From Octopus sinensis (lineage: Eukaryota): DNA of 64,000 bases. The notes beneath the pieces were generated by a model that saw only the letters and a program-made list of their open reading frames with translations, made no database searches and had not been told where the DNA came from. The stretch lies in assembly GCF_006345805.1 (NCBI RefSeq), contig NC_043004.1:11904001-11968000 (forward strand). The letters are read 5' to 3'. Below are positions 26,268-38,227 of the stretch, piece after piece. The first letter of the stretch is position 1. Every line of letters starts with the position of its first letter. The translations under genes were made by a program, and so were the position numbers.

Positions 26268-26589
26268 TCTCTCTGTCTGTCTCTGTCTCTCTCTCTCTTT
26301 TTCTTCACGCACACTCTCGCACACATAAATGTGTGTCTGTGTATATATAAGTTGCTGTGGTTAGCAATTAGGAAATGGTTTTATGTTTACAAAAGGGATG
26401 GTGATGGTATTGTCAATGGTGAGGCATGTCAGTATAGGTGTGGTCTTCATGGTTTTGGCAGTTGTAATGGTAGTGGAAGTGGTTGTAGTGGGGGATGTCT
26501 GTGATGTGATGGTGATGTGTGCTTGACTGTGTGTGTGTGTGCGTATGTGTCAATGTTGGAGGAAGATTTAGAGATAAATGTAGTAGCAG

Positions 26590-26925
26590 TGAAGGTGCAT
26601 GGCTCAGTGGTTAGAGCGTCGAGTTTACGATCGTGAGGTTGTGAGTTCGAATCCCGGACGGGACTGTGTTGTTGTGTTCTTGAGCAAGACACTTTATTTC
26701 ACATTGCTCCAGTTCACTCAGCTGTAGAAATGGGTTGCAATGTCACAGGTGCCAAGCTATATCAGCCTTTGCCTCTCTTGGATAACATCAGTGATGTGAA
26801 GCAGGGAGGTTGGTATGTATGGGTAACTGCTGGCCTTCCATAAACAACCTTGCCCGGACTTGTGCCTGGGAGGGTAACTTTCAAGGTGCAATCCCACGGT
26901 CAGTCATGACCGAAGGGGGTCTCAA
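26590..26925 (+). mobile_element. tRNA(Arg-like)-derived SINE, family E
   Basis: Head tggctcagtggttagagcg...ttacgat...gagttcgaatccc (ACG anticodon position); core ttgagcaagacactttatttcacattgctccagttcactcagctgtagaaatggg. Confidence 0.85.
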
Positions 26926-27199
26926 GTGGACATTCTGCTGTTGTTGTTATTGTTGGTTGGACCTCAGGACAGTCTAGATTGGGTGGGAGGATGCAGACTT
27001 GTGATAAAGGCATTCCAATCAAGACCATTCTGTCCTTTTAAGGGGCATCTAAGTATACATCATCCAATGTGTCCTTCTTGGTTTCAAGATGGTATAGTGT
27101 GATTTGAAGGATATGTAGCTGTTATTTTAAGCAGGTCAAGAACCATCTACAAACTGGTTTTTTGTTTTTGTATTGTTCTTGTATTTGATCCCTAGATTA

Positions 27200-27495
27200 T
27201 CCCTGATTAAGATTTATTGTGCTTGAGAAGACATGTCAGATTAGGTGAAATTGCAGTCGTGACCAGTGCCAGTGACACATGAAAGGCACTTGTGCCAATG
27301 ACATGTGAAAGGCACCCATGCAGGTAACACGTAAAAAAACATCCAGTACACTTTCTGGAGTAGTTTGACATTAGGAAGGGCATCTAGCTGTGGAAACAGC
27401 TAAATCAGACTGGAACTTGGTGCAGCTCTCGAGTTTACCAGCTCCAGTCAAAGCATCCTACTCATGCCAGCATGGAAAATGGACACTAAATGATA
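27200..27495 (+). mobile_element. diverged family-D element
   Basis: ttaggaagggcatctagctgtggaaac...gccagcatggaaaatggacactaaatgat. Confidence 0.7.
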
Positions 27496-28107
27496 TAAAA
27501 AAAAACATTGAGGATCAACAACATCTGTCCACGACATTCAATCTCTTTTACTATATCTGAGGAATATATGGTCACATTATCTAGGATCTCCTAAAGGCGG
27601 TCAGCTTCCAAGATTGTTACCCCACTGGACAAAATGCTTAGCAGATTTTCAGTTGTTTTTATGTTCCAGTTCTTCCATGGCCAATTTTTTTTTTATCTTT
27701 TTGGCGTCAGTAAAATAAATACTGGTCATGAACTGGGGTTGATGTATTTGACTTAACCCCTCCTCCAGAATTGTTGGCCTTGTGCCAAAATTTGAAGCCA
27801 ATATTAATATATAGTCCCACTGCTTGGTAACTTGGGCAAATGTCTTATACTACAGCCTCGGGTCAACCAAAGCCTTAGGAGTGGATTTGGTAGACGATGT
27901 CCTGAAAAATTCCACACAGCCTTGACTTTGTTGTCTCATTTTATTTAACATATACATGCTCATACAAGACCTGCATTAGACTCCTCACTCGTATCATTAT
28001 TGAAGTCAGAGTTTTACTGCAGTCCTTCCATAGCACTTACACAGCGTTACCTTCCACCTTGGGTCTTCTTGATAGCAATACCTCTCATATATGTGTGTGT
28101 GTGTGTG

Positions 28108-28390
28108 TGGAGGTGCAATGGCCCAGTAGTTAGGGCAGTGGATCATGGTTTCAATTCCCTGGGCATTGTGAGTGTTTATTGAGCATAAACACCTAAAGCT
28201 CCATGTGGCTCCAGCAGCAGGTGGTGGTGATCCCTGCTGTATTCTTTCACCACAACTTTCACTCTTTCTTCTGTTGGATTGCTCACTTAGCCAGCAGAGT
28301 GGCGTCATTTGAAGGCTAAAGCAATGCGAAGCGCATTGTGACCAGCGATGTATAGCAACATCTGATAGCCTGGTCGGTCACGTGATCACA

Positions 28391-28393
<3 letters not shown>
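28108..28393 (+). mobile_element. family-A SINE with A2 tail
   Basis: Family-A head; tail ends ctggtcggtcacgtgatcacatgata; inverse copy at 32218-32522. Confidence 0.85.
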
Positions 28394-28427
<34 letters not shown>

Positions 28428-28429
28428 CG

Positions 28430-28610
28430 GCGCCTCCGTCTCTGACCCCTCTACTTTTGGCATCTCTGACACTGACTCCCCTATGTAATTAAGTGATTGT
28501 GGTCTATTTTACTGACTCCAACTACCTCTTAATTGTTTCCGACTCACGACTCCAACTCTATGACTCCGACTCCATGACTCCGACTCTCCGACTCCGACCC
28601 CACAGCCCTG
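28430..28610. mobile_element. DNA-transposon terminal fragment with GACTCC subterminal repeats
   Basis: Multiple gactcc units ending in ccacagccctg. Confidence 0.45.
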
Positions 28611-28849
28611 GTGATAATGATGTTGACTATAGTAGTGATGTTGATGGTGGTGATGTTTAGTGATGGTTATAATGCTGCTGCTGCTGATGATGATGATGGC
28701 TTTGATTGTGATGCTGATGCTGATGATGATGATGATGATGATGAAAGCAACAACAACCGAAAATAGCAGACTCCAGCATATTTCCCTTCTAGGTGGGAAT
28801 GGTAAAATATCCCTGCTGAGTAAAGATTAATATAAAAAGGATACGTGGG

Positions 28850-29617
28850 GGGTTGTGTGTATATGCGCATATCTAGGTGGCTTATGTGTATGCGTTTGTG
28901 TGTGTATGTATGTTACATATGTGTGACACAGGAAGGGAAAGAATGTGGTTTAATGTGTACGTGTGTGTGTGTGTGCATGTTAGTATGTGATTATACGTGT
29001 ATGTATTTATTTTTGTTTATTTGTTTATATATGTGTGTGTGTGTGCAAGTGAGAGAAAGAAAAAGAACAAGAATGTGGTGTTATATATGAATGTGTATAC
29101 ATGTGTATATATGTGTGTATATATGTCTATATATATATATATGTATATGAATATGTGTGTCTATATATGTATGTACATGTGTGTATGTATATATGTACAT
29201 GTGTATGTGACTGTATATGTGTGTATGTACTTATGAACATGTCTACATGTATATGTGTGTATGTATATATGTACATGCATGTCTGTATTTATATGTGTGT
29301 ATGTATATATGTACACTTGTGTGTATTTATGTGTGTGTATGTATATATGTACACGTGTGTGCGTATGTATGTATATGTACACGTGTGTATATATGTATAT
29401 ATATATATGTACATATGTGTGTGTATATGTATGTATATATATACATGTGTATATATATATGTATATGTACATATGTGTATGTATATATATTTATGTATGT
29501 ATTTAAGTATATGTGCATGTGTGTGTATGTGTTTATTTGTGCTGTAGTATTCCTGTAGATGGTTACTTCCCCATGTGTATACATGTGTATATGTATGTGT
29601 CTATATATTTGCACTTT

Positions 29618-29650
<33 letters not shown>
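28850..29650. repeat. degenerate (TG)/(TA) microsatellite
   Basis: Direct reading. Confidence 0.9.
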
Positions 29651-30119
29651 CTATGAAGTGCACTACATTCTTTTTATATAACTATGTGAATATGTTTCCT
29701 TGCGTGTGTTGTTTTTGTTACTAAATTTTGTCAGACATATGAGGAGGCTGTCCCATCATGTGTGACTCATATTTTGTTAGCTGCAACAAATTATGCACTT
29801 TGAATGCATCGCAATATGGGGGGTACTAGATGCATGTTTGTGTGGCGATGTTTGCATTTTATTCTATATATGTATATGCTTTTTTTTCTTCAACATTTTG
29901 TTAACTTACTTATTTCCTGCTTTAATTACATTACTGCGCAATTAATTAATTAGTTGACAATTTCATCATGGGTCACACATGAAAAATGTGTGTGCAGATG
30001 GGGTGGGGGTTCAACCCTAACCTTTTATTCAGTACCCCAACCCTGAACCACCCACTGATCCACATGTGCATCATGTTTGGAATCTAGTTGAATAGTTGAA
30101 TGGCAGGAAAGTTGTACAG

Positions 30120-30600
30120 CCTTTGCCCGGTGGTTAAAGAAGTCCTTTTCGCAGTCATGTTTGGGAGTTCAGTCCCACAGCTTGGTACTTTGGCCAGGTG
30201 TTTTATATGCAGGTGAAGACTTTTGAATGATATTGTCACAAGTGTGGCTGTGTGGTAATTAGCTTGCTTCCCAACCACATGGTTTTGGGTTCAGTCCCAC
30301 TGTGTGGCACTTGGTAGCGCATCATATTTACATGTATATATTTGTGTATATGTATATATTTGTGTACATGTCTTTGTGCCTCTGTTCTACACCCCATTCA
30401 CCACTTAACAACCAGTATTGGTGTGTTTATGTTCCTGTGGTTTAGCAGTTTGGTTAAAGAAACTCATAGAATAAGATCCAGGCTGCAAAAAAAAAAAAAC
30501 AAATAATGAATACTAAGGTTAATTAAGTCTGCTAAAATTCTTTAAGGTGATGCCCCAGCATGGCCATAGTCTAATGAATGAAACAGGTAAAAAGTAAAAA
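30120..30600 (+). mobile_element. diverged family-B SINE with duplicated head
   Basis: Two head-like segments (30120, 30240), body, and tail gatgccccagcatggccatagtctaatgaatgaaacaggtaaaaag. Confidence 0.7.
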
Positions 30601-30766
30601 ATAACAGATGGTTAAGGTCATGAGATGGATTGTATAGTACGGTTGTGCTCGAGTGGTGAACTCATTCCAGAAATGAAAGACCAGCTTCAGTGTGGAGGTA
30701 CGTGGCTAAGTGGTTAGGGTGTTGGATTCATGATCATAAGATTGTGGTTTCTATTCCTGTACCAGT

Positions 30767-31020
30767 GGAGGCACAATGGCCCAGTGGTTAGGGCAGCAGA
30801 CTCTCGGTCGGAGGATCGCGGTTTCGATTCCCAGACTGGGCGTTGTGTGTGTTTATTGAGCGAAAACACCTAAAAGCTCCACGAAGCTCTGGCAGGGGGT
30901 GATGGCAACTGCTATTGTACTCTTTCATCACAACTTTCTCTCATTCTCTCTCTTCCTGTTTCTTGAGTAACACTGCAATGGACTGGCACCCGTCCAGCTA
31001 GGGGGAACACATACACCACA
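30767..31020 (+). mobile_element. family-A SINE with A3 tail
   Basis: Family-A head and core; tail gcaatggactggcacccgtccagctaggggg. Confidence 0.85.
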
Positions 31021-31521
31021 GATCTATATCCTTCAATAAATGATTCATCATCATTTAATGTCTGCTCTCTTTCCTGGCATGAGTTCGACGGTTTAATTGG
31101 AGCTGATGAGCCAGGGAGCTGCACCAGGTTCTATTCTGATCTTGCATGGTTTCCATGGCCGGATACCCAGGAGTGTAATGGGTGCTTTTATGTGCCACCA
31201 GCACAGGTACTGTTTACATGATACCAGCAATGACCACAACTACGATTCACAGCTGGGTGCCATTTCCATGGCACTGCCAGCAACCACAATTCCTGGATGC
31301 CAATTCTTTCACCAATATGTTATGGGGAGATTTGAAAAGGAATTGGTTGCTATTTCTAGCTGATCAAGCATTTACAGACTGCTCTCCAGCTCTGTTGTTA
31401 CTAGTGGATATATATGTAAATGTGAATGTCTTTGTGTATATGTATGTGTATCACACATACGTACACACACATACATGCACATTCTGCACACACACACACA
31501 GGCACACTCTCTCACATAGAA

Positions 31522-31553
<32 letters not shown>

Positions 31554-32217
31554 AAATATTAATGTGGTTGTAGAGTCAAGTTTTGGCTGCTATTTCAAGC
31601 GTGGTGGTATCTCTTAGATACCCTAAATTATAATTTCAATAATAATTATTACTTTTAAAGGTTTTTATTTCCATGCTGGCCACTTGATAAGATCGATATT
31701 TTAATAACAATCTTATCCTTATTTATATAAATATATCTATAAATAGATATATTTATACGTGACTATGTTTATATAAATACATATATACACACACACACTT
31801 TCTTATCGCTATTTTTATTTATTTGTACATCCTGAGCCTCATGCAGGCGAGGTGGCCATATTTCTTGCGAGTGTTGGGCCTCAAAGAGGCAATGACCAAG
31901 ACCTTTGGCATTATGTCGGGCTTGAGAAAAAGACCCATCAAACCAAGAAAAATTGCAGTTGTGGCAAATATTGGTGTCATGTCAATAGTACCCATGCTGG
32001 TGGCACATAAAAGCACCCATTACACTTTCAGAGTGGTTGGCATTAGGAAGGGCATCCAGCTGTAGAAAACCATGCCAAATCAGACTGGAGCCTGGTGCAA
32101 GCTTCCACCACACCAGTGCAGTCAAAGCATCCAACCCATGCCAGCACGGACAATGGACATTAAATGATGATAATGATGATGATGATGATGGATATCTACA
32201 CACATATGTATATATAT

Positions 32218-32522
32218 ATCACGTGATCACGTGACCGACCAGACCATCAGATGTTGTTACACATCGCTGGTCACAATGCGTTCGCATTGTTTTAGCCTTC
32301 GAATGACGCCACCCCGCTGGCTAAGCGAGCAGGCCAACAGAAGAAAGAGTGGGAGAAAGAGGGGTGAAAGAGTACAGCAGGGATCACCACCCCCTGCCGG
32401 AGTATCATGGAGCTTTTAGGTGTTTTCGCTCAATAAACACTCACAACGCCCGGTCTGGGAATCGAAACCGCGATCCTACGACCGCGAGTCCGCTGCCCTA
32501 ACCACTAGGCCATTGTGCCTCC
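32218..32522 (-). mobile_element. young family-A SINE with A2 tail
   Basis: Reverse-complement homolog of 28108-28393. Confidence 0.9.
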
Positions 32523-33132
32523 ACGTATATATATATATATGGATGCCAATTGTTTCACCAGTATGTTATGATCTAATTTTGGAAAGGAATTGGTTGCTAT
32601 TTCTAGCTGATCAAGCATTTAGAGAATGCTCATCAGCTCTGGTTGTTACTTGTGGATGGAGATGGTGATAGCATTGAGGTGGTGGTGTCGGTGATGATGA
32701 CAGAGACGAAAAATGCAGATGTTAGGATATTTAGTGAGGAGGCGGGGCTTGAATATATTGTCCCACCTCCTCCCAAAAGGTAAAAGAGTTGTGATATGAA
32801 ATGAAGCGGGTGGGGGTGGGGGTAGAGTAAGGGAAACAGGAAGTAAAAGCTTTAATGATATCAGAAATAGGAAGTGTAGAATGAACTGTGGGGAGAATGA
32901 ACAGATGTGTGGGGGTATGTATGTAAATGTGAATATCTTTGTGTATATGTATGTGTATCACACACACACACACACACACACACATGCACACACGCACACA
33001 CTAGCACACTGTCTTGCACATATAAATAAATATATATAAATAGATATATTTATATATACACACACACACATTGCTATTCTTATTTATTTGTACACACATA
33101 GCTGTCGGCATATATATATATATATATATATA

Positions 33133-33560
33133 TCTTTTATCTTTTTTACTTGTTTCAGTCATTTGACTGTGGTCATGCTGGAGCACCGCCTTTAGTTGAG
33201 CAAATCGGCCCCAGGAATTATTCTTTGGAAGCCTAGTACTTATTCTATCGGTCTCCTTTGCCAAACCGCTAAGTTACAGGGATGTAAACACATCAGCATC
33301 GGTTGTCAAGCGATGTTGGGAGGGGGGCACATAAACACACACACGCACACATACATACATATATATATATATAATATATATATATATAATATATATACGA
33401 CAGGCTTCTTTCAATTTCCGTCCACCAAATCCACTCACAAGGCTTTGGTCGGCCCGAGACTATAGTAGAAGACACTTGCCCAAGGTGCCACGCAGTGGGA
33501 ATGAACCTGGAACCATGTGGTTGGTAAGCAAGGTATTTACCACATAGCCACTCCTGTGCC
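33133..33560 (-). mobile_element. full-length family-B SINE
   Basis: Complete head, body and tail. Confidence 0.9.
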
Positions 33561-34945
33561 ATGTATAAAACACTGGTGTTGGTGTCACATAAAAAGCACC
33601 CACTACACTCTGTAAAGGAGTTTGTTTTATGAAGGGTATCCAGCTGTAGAAACCACACCAAAACAGACAACTGCAGCCTGGTGCAGCCCTCTGGCTTGCC
33701 AGTTCCTTTGAAACTGTCCAGCCCATGCCAGCATGGAAAATGGTCATTAAATGATGATGATGATGTAAATGTGAATATCTATGTGTATATGTATGTGTAT
33801 CGCACACATACACACAGACATACACACGAGCAAGAGATTCCGAGAATGTTGTAGCTGTCACAGTAAGCTCATCTTATAGACCCGGCTATCAGTCCACATA
33901 GAAATTAATTACAAAGTAGTCTAATATAAAGGTCCTTGCAAATGAAAATCAAAAAAAAAAAAAACCAAGCAATAAAATTTGTGAGGATAATATAAAAACA
34001 GTCGGGTTACGGGAAGTAAATATATATTTAAACATGTAACTCCCGTAATGTCTTATAACATCAGCAACACGTAGTTCCTCCATGTAAATGAATAATATAT
34101 GTATATATATATATATATATATATTACTCTTACTTTGACTGCAGCCATGCTGGAGCATTGTCTTCAGTCGAGCAAATCGACCCCAAGACTTATTCTTTGT
34201 AAGCCTAGTACTTATTCTATTGGCCTCTTTTACCGAACTGCTAAGTTACGGGGATGTAAACACACCACTATCGGTTGTCAAGCAATGTTGGGGGTGGGGG
34301 ACAAATACAGACACACAAACATATACACACACATACATATGTGTATATATATATATATGGGGAGAATTCACAAAAAAACAAAAGACGAAGACTGGTGTGT
34401 AGACAACAAACAGATGTATTAGTATAACACTCGGGAAGTGAAAAAGTCTTTAACATTTCGAGCCTATTTCGTTCCAAAGAAAGAAACAAGGAGAGAAAAT
34501 AAAGAATGTGTAGTGGCTAGCGATGTATCATTGCAAATGCCAGACATATATATAAACAGGCTTCACCTGCTCTTATATATTTAGTCTTCACTTCAATTTT
34601 ATTATTATTATTATTTTTATGACCTCTTCAGTGACTCTCTGTCCTACATATCTGTAGTGATGCCAGGTTCCACACTCCATTTTGCGATTTTCATCTGCAC
34701 ACGTGCAAGTATCAGACTTCCCGAAGGCCTGCCGGAAGTCCCTCATATGCATGTGCAGTCATCAGCAGCAGCTAAGCTTGACCGCTATTCTCTCTCTTTG
34801 CACCCCCCTCCCAGCTTCTGACCAGACAGGATGCGACTGAGACCAGCTCCGTGGAGCTGGCATTCTGACGGCGAGCGGCGTTGCGAGTCTGTGAAAATGC
34901 CTTCGTATTTTGTGTCTAACTACTAACCCTGCTGCTTCCACCCAG

Positions 34946-35056
34946 GCATCAACACTACTGATGTCCAGAGATGGAATGCTTATTTCGGCGAAATAAATTA
35001 TGATTGCTATTTTTTCGGAGATTCGTGCTCCTGCTATTTTTCCTTTCTACAACTAT
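34946..35056 (+). CDS. candidate 111-nt symmetric internal exon of an unidentified gene
   Basis: TACTAAC at 34921-34927, pyrimidine tract, CAG acceptor at 34943-34945, GTAAGA donor at 35057; one open frame (G)INTTDVQRWNAYFGEINYDCYFFGDSCSCYFSFLQL; no family recognised. Confidence 0.3.
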
Positions 35057-35859
35057 GTAAGATGTGACACACCCTACAAGTACAAATATCACTTAAAATC
35101 CTGCAAATCTCTTCTTGTTCTGCTTACTTTATTTCTTCCTAAAATATAAGTGACCAAATATATAGTGTGTGTGTGTGTGTGTTTAATGCTCTTAATTCAG
35201 TTGGCTGCAAATGATTATTTATCATATCAATCATCTGTGGATTTTCCACTGGTGATAAAAATATTCTATAAAATTACTCGCTGCTCCAACCTACCAACAT
35301 AATTTTGTCCTTCTGCCAAAGTGCCTATGTTACAAAACTATATATGTAGATCAAAAGAATTCTGTCATGGAAACAATAATTTTAACAGTGGTAAATTCTG
35401 AAATTATAAAAATAACTCTTAAAAAGTGATTGAAATTACTCAAATTTTTCATTTCTTTATTTTGTGTTTTTTTTTTCAATATTTTTTTGTTTATATTATA
35501 ATTTTAATGTAGAACATTAATGTTAATATTGTAATATAGAGTACTAATATTAATCTTTTAGTAGTTGTTATACTAATATTAATAATGTATTAACATCGTA
35601 TTGTAGGGTACTAGAATTTATATTGTAATAAATGATACTAAAATTAATCATTAGAGTTAGTTCAAATCAATTTAACTCTAGTTCAACCATTTTAATACTA
35701 CAAAGATGAAAGGGTCAGCCTCTTAAGGATTTAAGAAATTTTTCATGAATATTGCAATTCAGAAAATCTTATTGATTAATATTAATACCCTTATGCTTTA
35801 AGATCTTAAAAAAAAAAAAAACTGTTTCTGTTTGTTGGTTGATGTTTTATTTATTTATC

Positions 35860-36248
35860 TACTAGCAGTATCGCCCGGCGTTGCTCAGGTTTGTAAGGGA
35901 AATAACTATAAAGCATTTTTAGAGAGTTATAGCCAAAAAATAGCAAAAAAATGGAAAAAAAATGATGGTAAATTTTTTTTGAGAGTTAAAAAAGGTGGAG
36001 TTGCGTCCCCGAGACGGTCTGTGGTTTGGGTTTCTGATTCTCGACCCCATGTCGAATTTATCGATTTTTTTTTCAGAACTGGGGGAACTTTTCAAAATTT
36101 TCGCTGCGTTAGTTTTGAATTATGACATTGGGCTATGTGTGTGTCAAGTTTCATCAGAATCGGTTGAAAGCCGTGGTCAGAGTGAGGGTACGAGAAAACA
36201 GACACACAGAAAACGCACAGACAAACTGCCGTTTATATAGAGAGAGAT
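35860..36248 (+). mobile_element. non-autonomous Helitron-type element (Lep1-like architecture)
   Basis: 5' TACTAGCAGTATCGCCCGGCGTTGCTC; internal gtcaagtttcatcagaatcggttg; 3' acagacaaactgccgtttatatagagagagat. Confidence 0.7.
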
Positions 36249-36829
36249 TTTGGTGGTGGTGGTGTGGTGGCGGGAGCAGGTTAGGTGTCAAGGTATGTCG
36301 CCTAGTTATGATATTGCACTCATGATTGCAAGATTGTGGTTCCAAATCCACTGGTTTGGTACATTGAGTTCTTGCATAAGACTTAACAGTTTAGTATAAA
36401 AAGGCTGAAAGAATAACTATCAGACCTTAAAAAAAAAATAAAATACTGGGATTGATTCACTCAACTAAAAGTTCTGCAAGGTGGTGCCTCAGCATGGCCA
36501 CAGTCTAATGACTGAAACAAGTAAAAGATACAAGATAAAACACTTCATTTCACATTGCCGCAGTCCACTCAGCTGTAAATGGATAACCCTGCAATGAACT
36601 GACATCATAGTTAGAGTGTAATGTTAAGCCATTTACCATGGAAACTAGGTTTCCGTGGTAACTGGCCCTGGGACTCCTGAAACTCAAGACAGCAATGACC
36701 AGAGGTTGATGATGGTGATGATAAGAGTAGGAAATATTCAGTCAGCTTCATCTCCAAGACAGTGATGTAACAGTTAGGATAAGTCATAAGTATATGACTG
36801 TGACCAATGACAACTATATGATTACAGTG

Positions 36830-37490
36830 GTAATCTTTTCTACTCTAGGCGCAAGGTCTGAAATTTTTTTTGGGGTGGGGGCGGCAGTCAATTGGTGTTT
36901 AATTTATCGACTCTGAAAGGATGAAAGGCAATGATGACCTTGGCAGAATTTGAACTCAGAACATAAAGACTGATGAAATACCACTAAGCATTTCACCCAG
37001 CATGCTAACGTCTCTGCCAGCTTGCCACCTGGCGCTGTCTGTAGATGTTCATTTCTACTCTAGGTCTAGGCACAAGGCTTGAAATTTTTTGGGAAGGGAC
37101 CAGTTGATTACATTGACACCAGTATGCAACTGGTATGTAATTTATTGATCCTGAAAGGATGAAAGGCAAAGTACACCTCGACAGAATTTAAATTCAGAGC
37201 ATAAAGACAAACAAAATACTGTTAAGCATTTTGCCTGGCGTGCGAACTTTCCTTATTTCTTTATTGCCCACAAGGGGCTAAACACAGAGGGGACAAACAA
37301 GGACAGACAAAGGGATTAAATTGATTACATCGACCCCTGTGAGTAACTGGTGCTTAATTTATCGACTGTGAAAGGATGAAAGGCAAAGTTGACCTCGGTG
37401 GAATTTGAACTCAGAACGTAGCAGCAGACGAAATACCACTAAGCATTTCGCCCAGCGTGCTAACGTTTCTGCCAGCTTGCTGCCTTTTGC
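36830..37490 (-). mobile_element. cluster of three family-C SINEs
   Basis: Repeated family-C central domain. Confidence 0.8.
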
Positions 37491-37763
37491 AGTGATATCA
37501 TTTACGTAAAGATTGAATTGCAATTTAATTAGAAGGAAACAAAGTAAAAGGAAATAAAAAGTTAGGGCAGGGGTTAAGGAACAAAAGGTGGTAGGAGTGG
37601 GAGAGTACACCCCAGAACAAATGATATGTTCAGCCAAGCTCTGTGGATATTATTGTGATGGTGTTGCCATGGAGAATGGCCAGCAACATTTCACTGCAGC
37701 AACCACTCCACCCTTATGTAGCTTATTTCTCAGATGTGCAGTAGTTATTCCAGTATTATAATA

Positions 37764-38227
37764 TACAAGCAAAACGCCCCCATCCAATGGATGATGCTGA
37801 GTTGTCAAACATCTAAACCAAAGTTTCTCAAAACAACTTGTTGGACCGTCTCATAGGTCTCCCCTTTGAGAAACACTGATTTAACCTAAATTTGAGACAC
37901 CAGCAAACGAAGAAATAAAAATAGACTTTTTTCTATTCCAAAGAAAAATGATTTTATTCACACAAATATGCAACCGAAGAGTTTAAAGTACCAGTAAGTA
38001 CATCGCAACAGCTGATGTACTTGCGCATACAAATGCATGTTCCCACGGCTTTATCGATCGCATTCTCCCCTGGAATCGATTTTTGTGATTTTTTCCAGAC
38101 TTATACATGCCCTGATACCATCGGTATCTACATATCAAATTTGAGCACAATCAGATGGAGGATGCCCGAGATCCTAGAAGACACACACACACACACAGAC
38201 AGACAGAACAGATTTTATATAATAGAT
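37764..38227 (+). mobile_element. second non-autonomous Helitron-type element
   Basis: 5' TACAAGCAAAACGCCCCC; internal catatcaaatttgagcacaatcagatg; (CA)n/(CAGA)n then ttttatataatagat. Confidence 0.6.

Noticed and set aside
26590-26665. tRNA gene
   Set aside because: A and B boxes are present but no complete cloverleaf is evident, and it runs directly into a SINE core. The same holds for the other tRNA-like heads.
28035-28085. Minus-strand exon ending at a GTAAGT donor
   Set aside because: No pyrimidine-rich acceptor (upstream is (CA)n and a SINE) and no recognisable peptide.
30620-30695. Exon GHEMDCIVRLCSSGELIPEMKDQLQCG with a GTACGT donor
   Set aside because: The donor falls inside a SINE head and the acceptor is weak.
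34700-34770. Minus-strand hammerhead or SECIS (CTGATGA...GAAA)
   Set aside because: GAAA is not adjacent to stem II, stems I and III are missing, and no SECIS geometry is present.
35832-36125. 97-aa ORF
   Set aside because: Lies almost entirely within a non-autonomous Helitron-type repeat.
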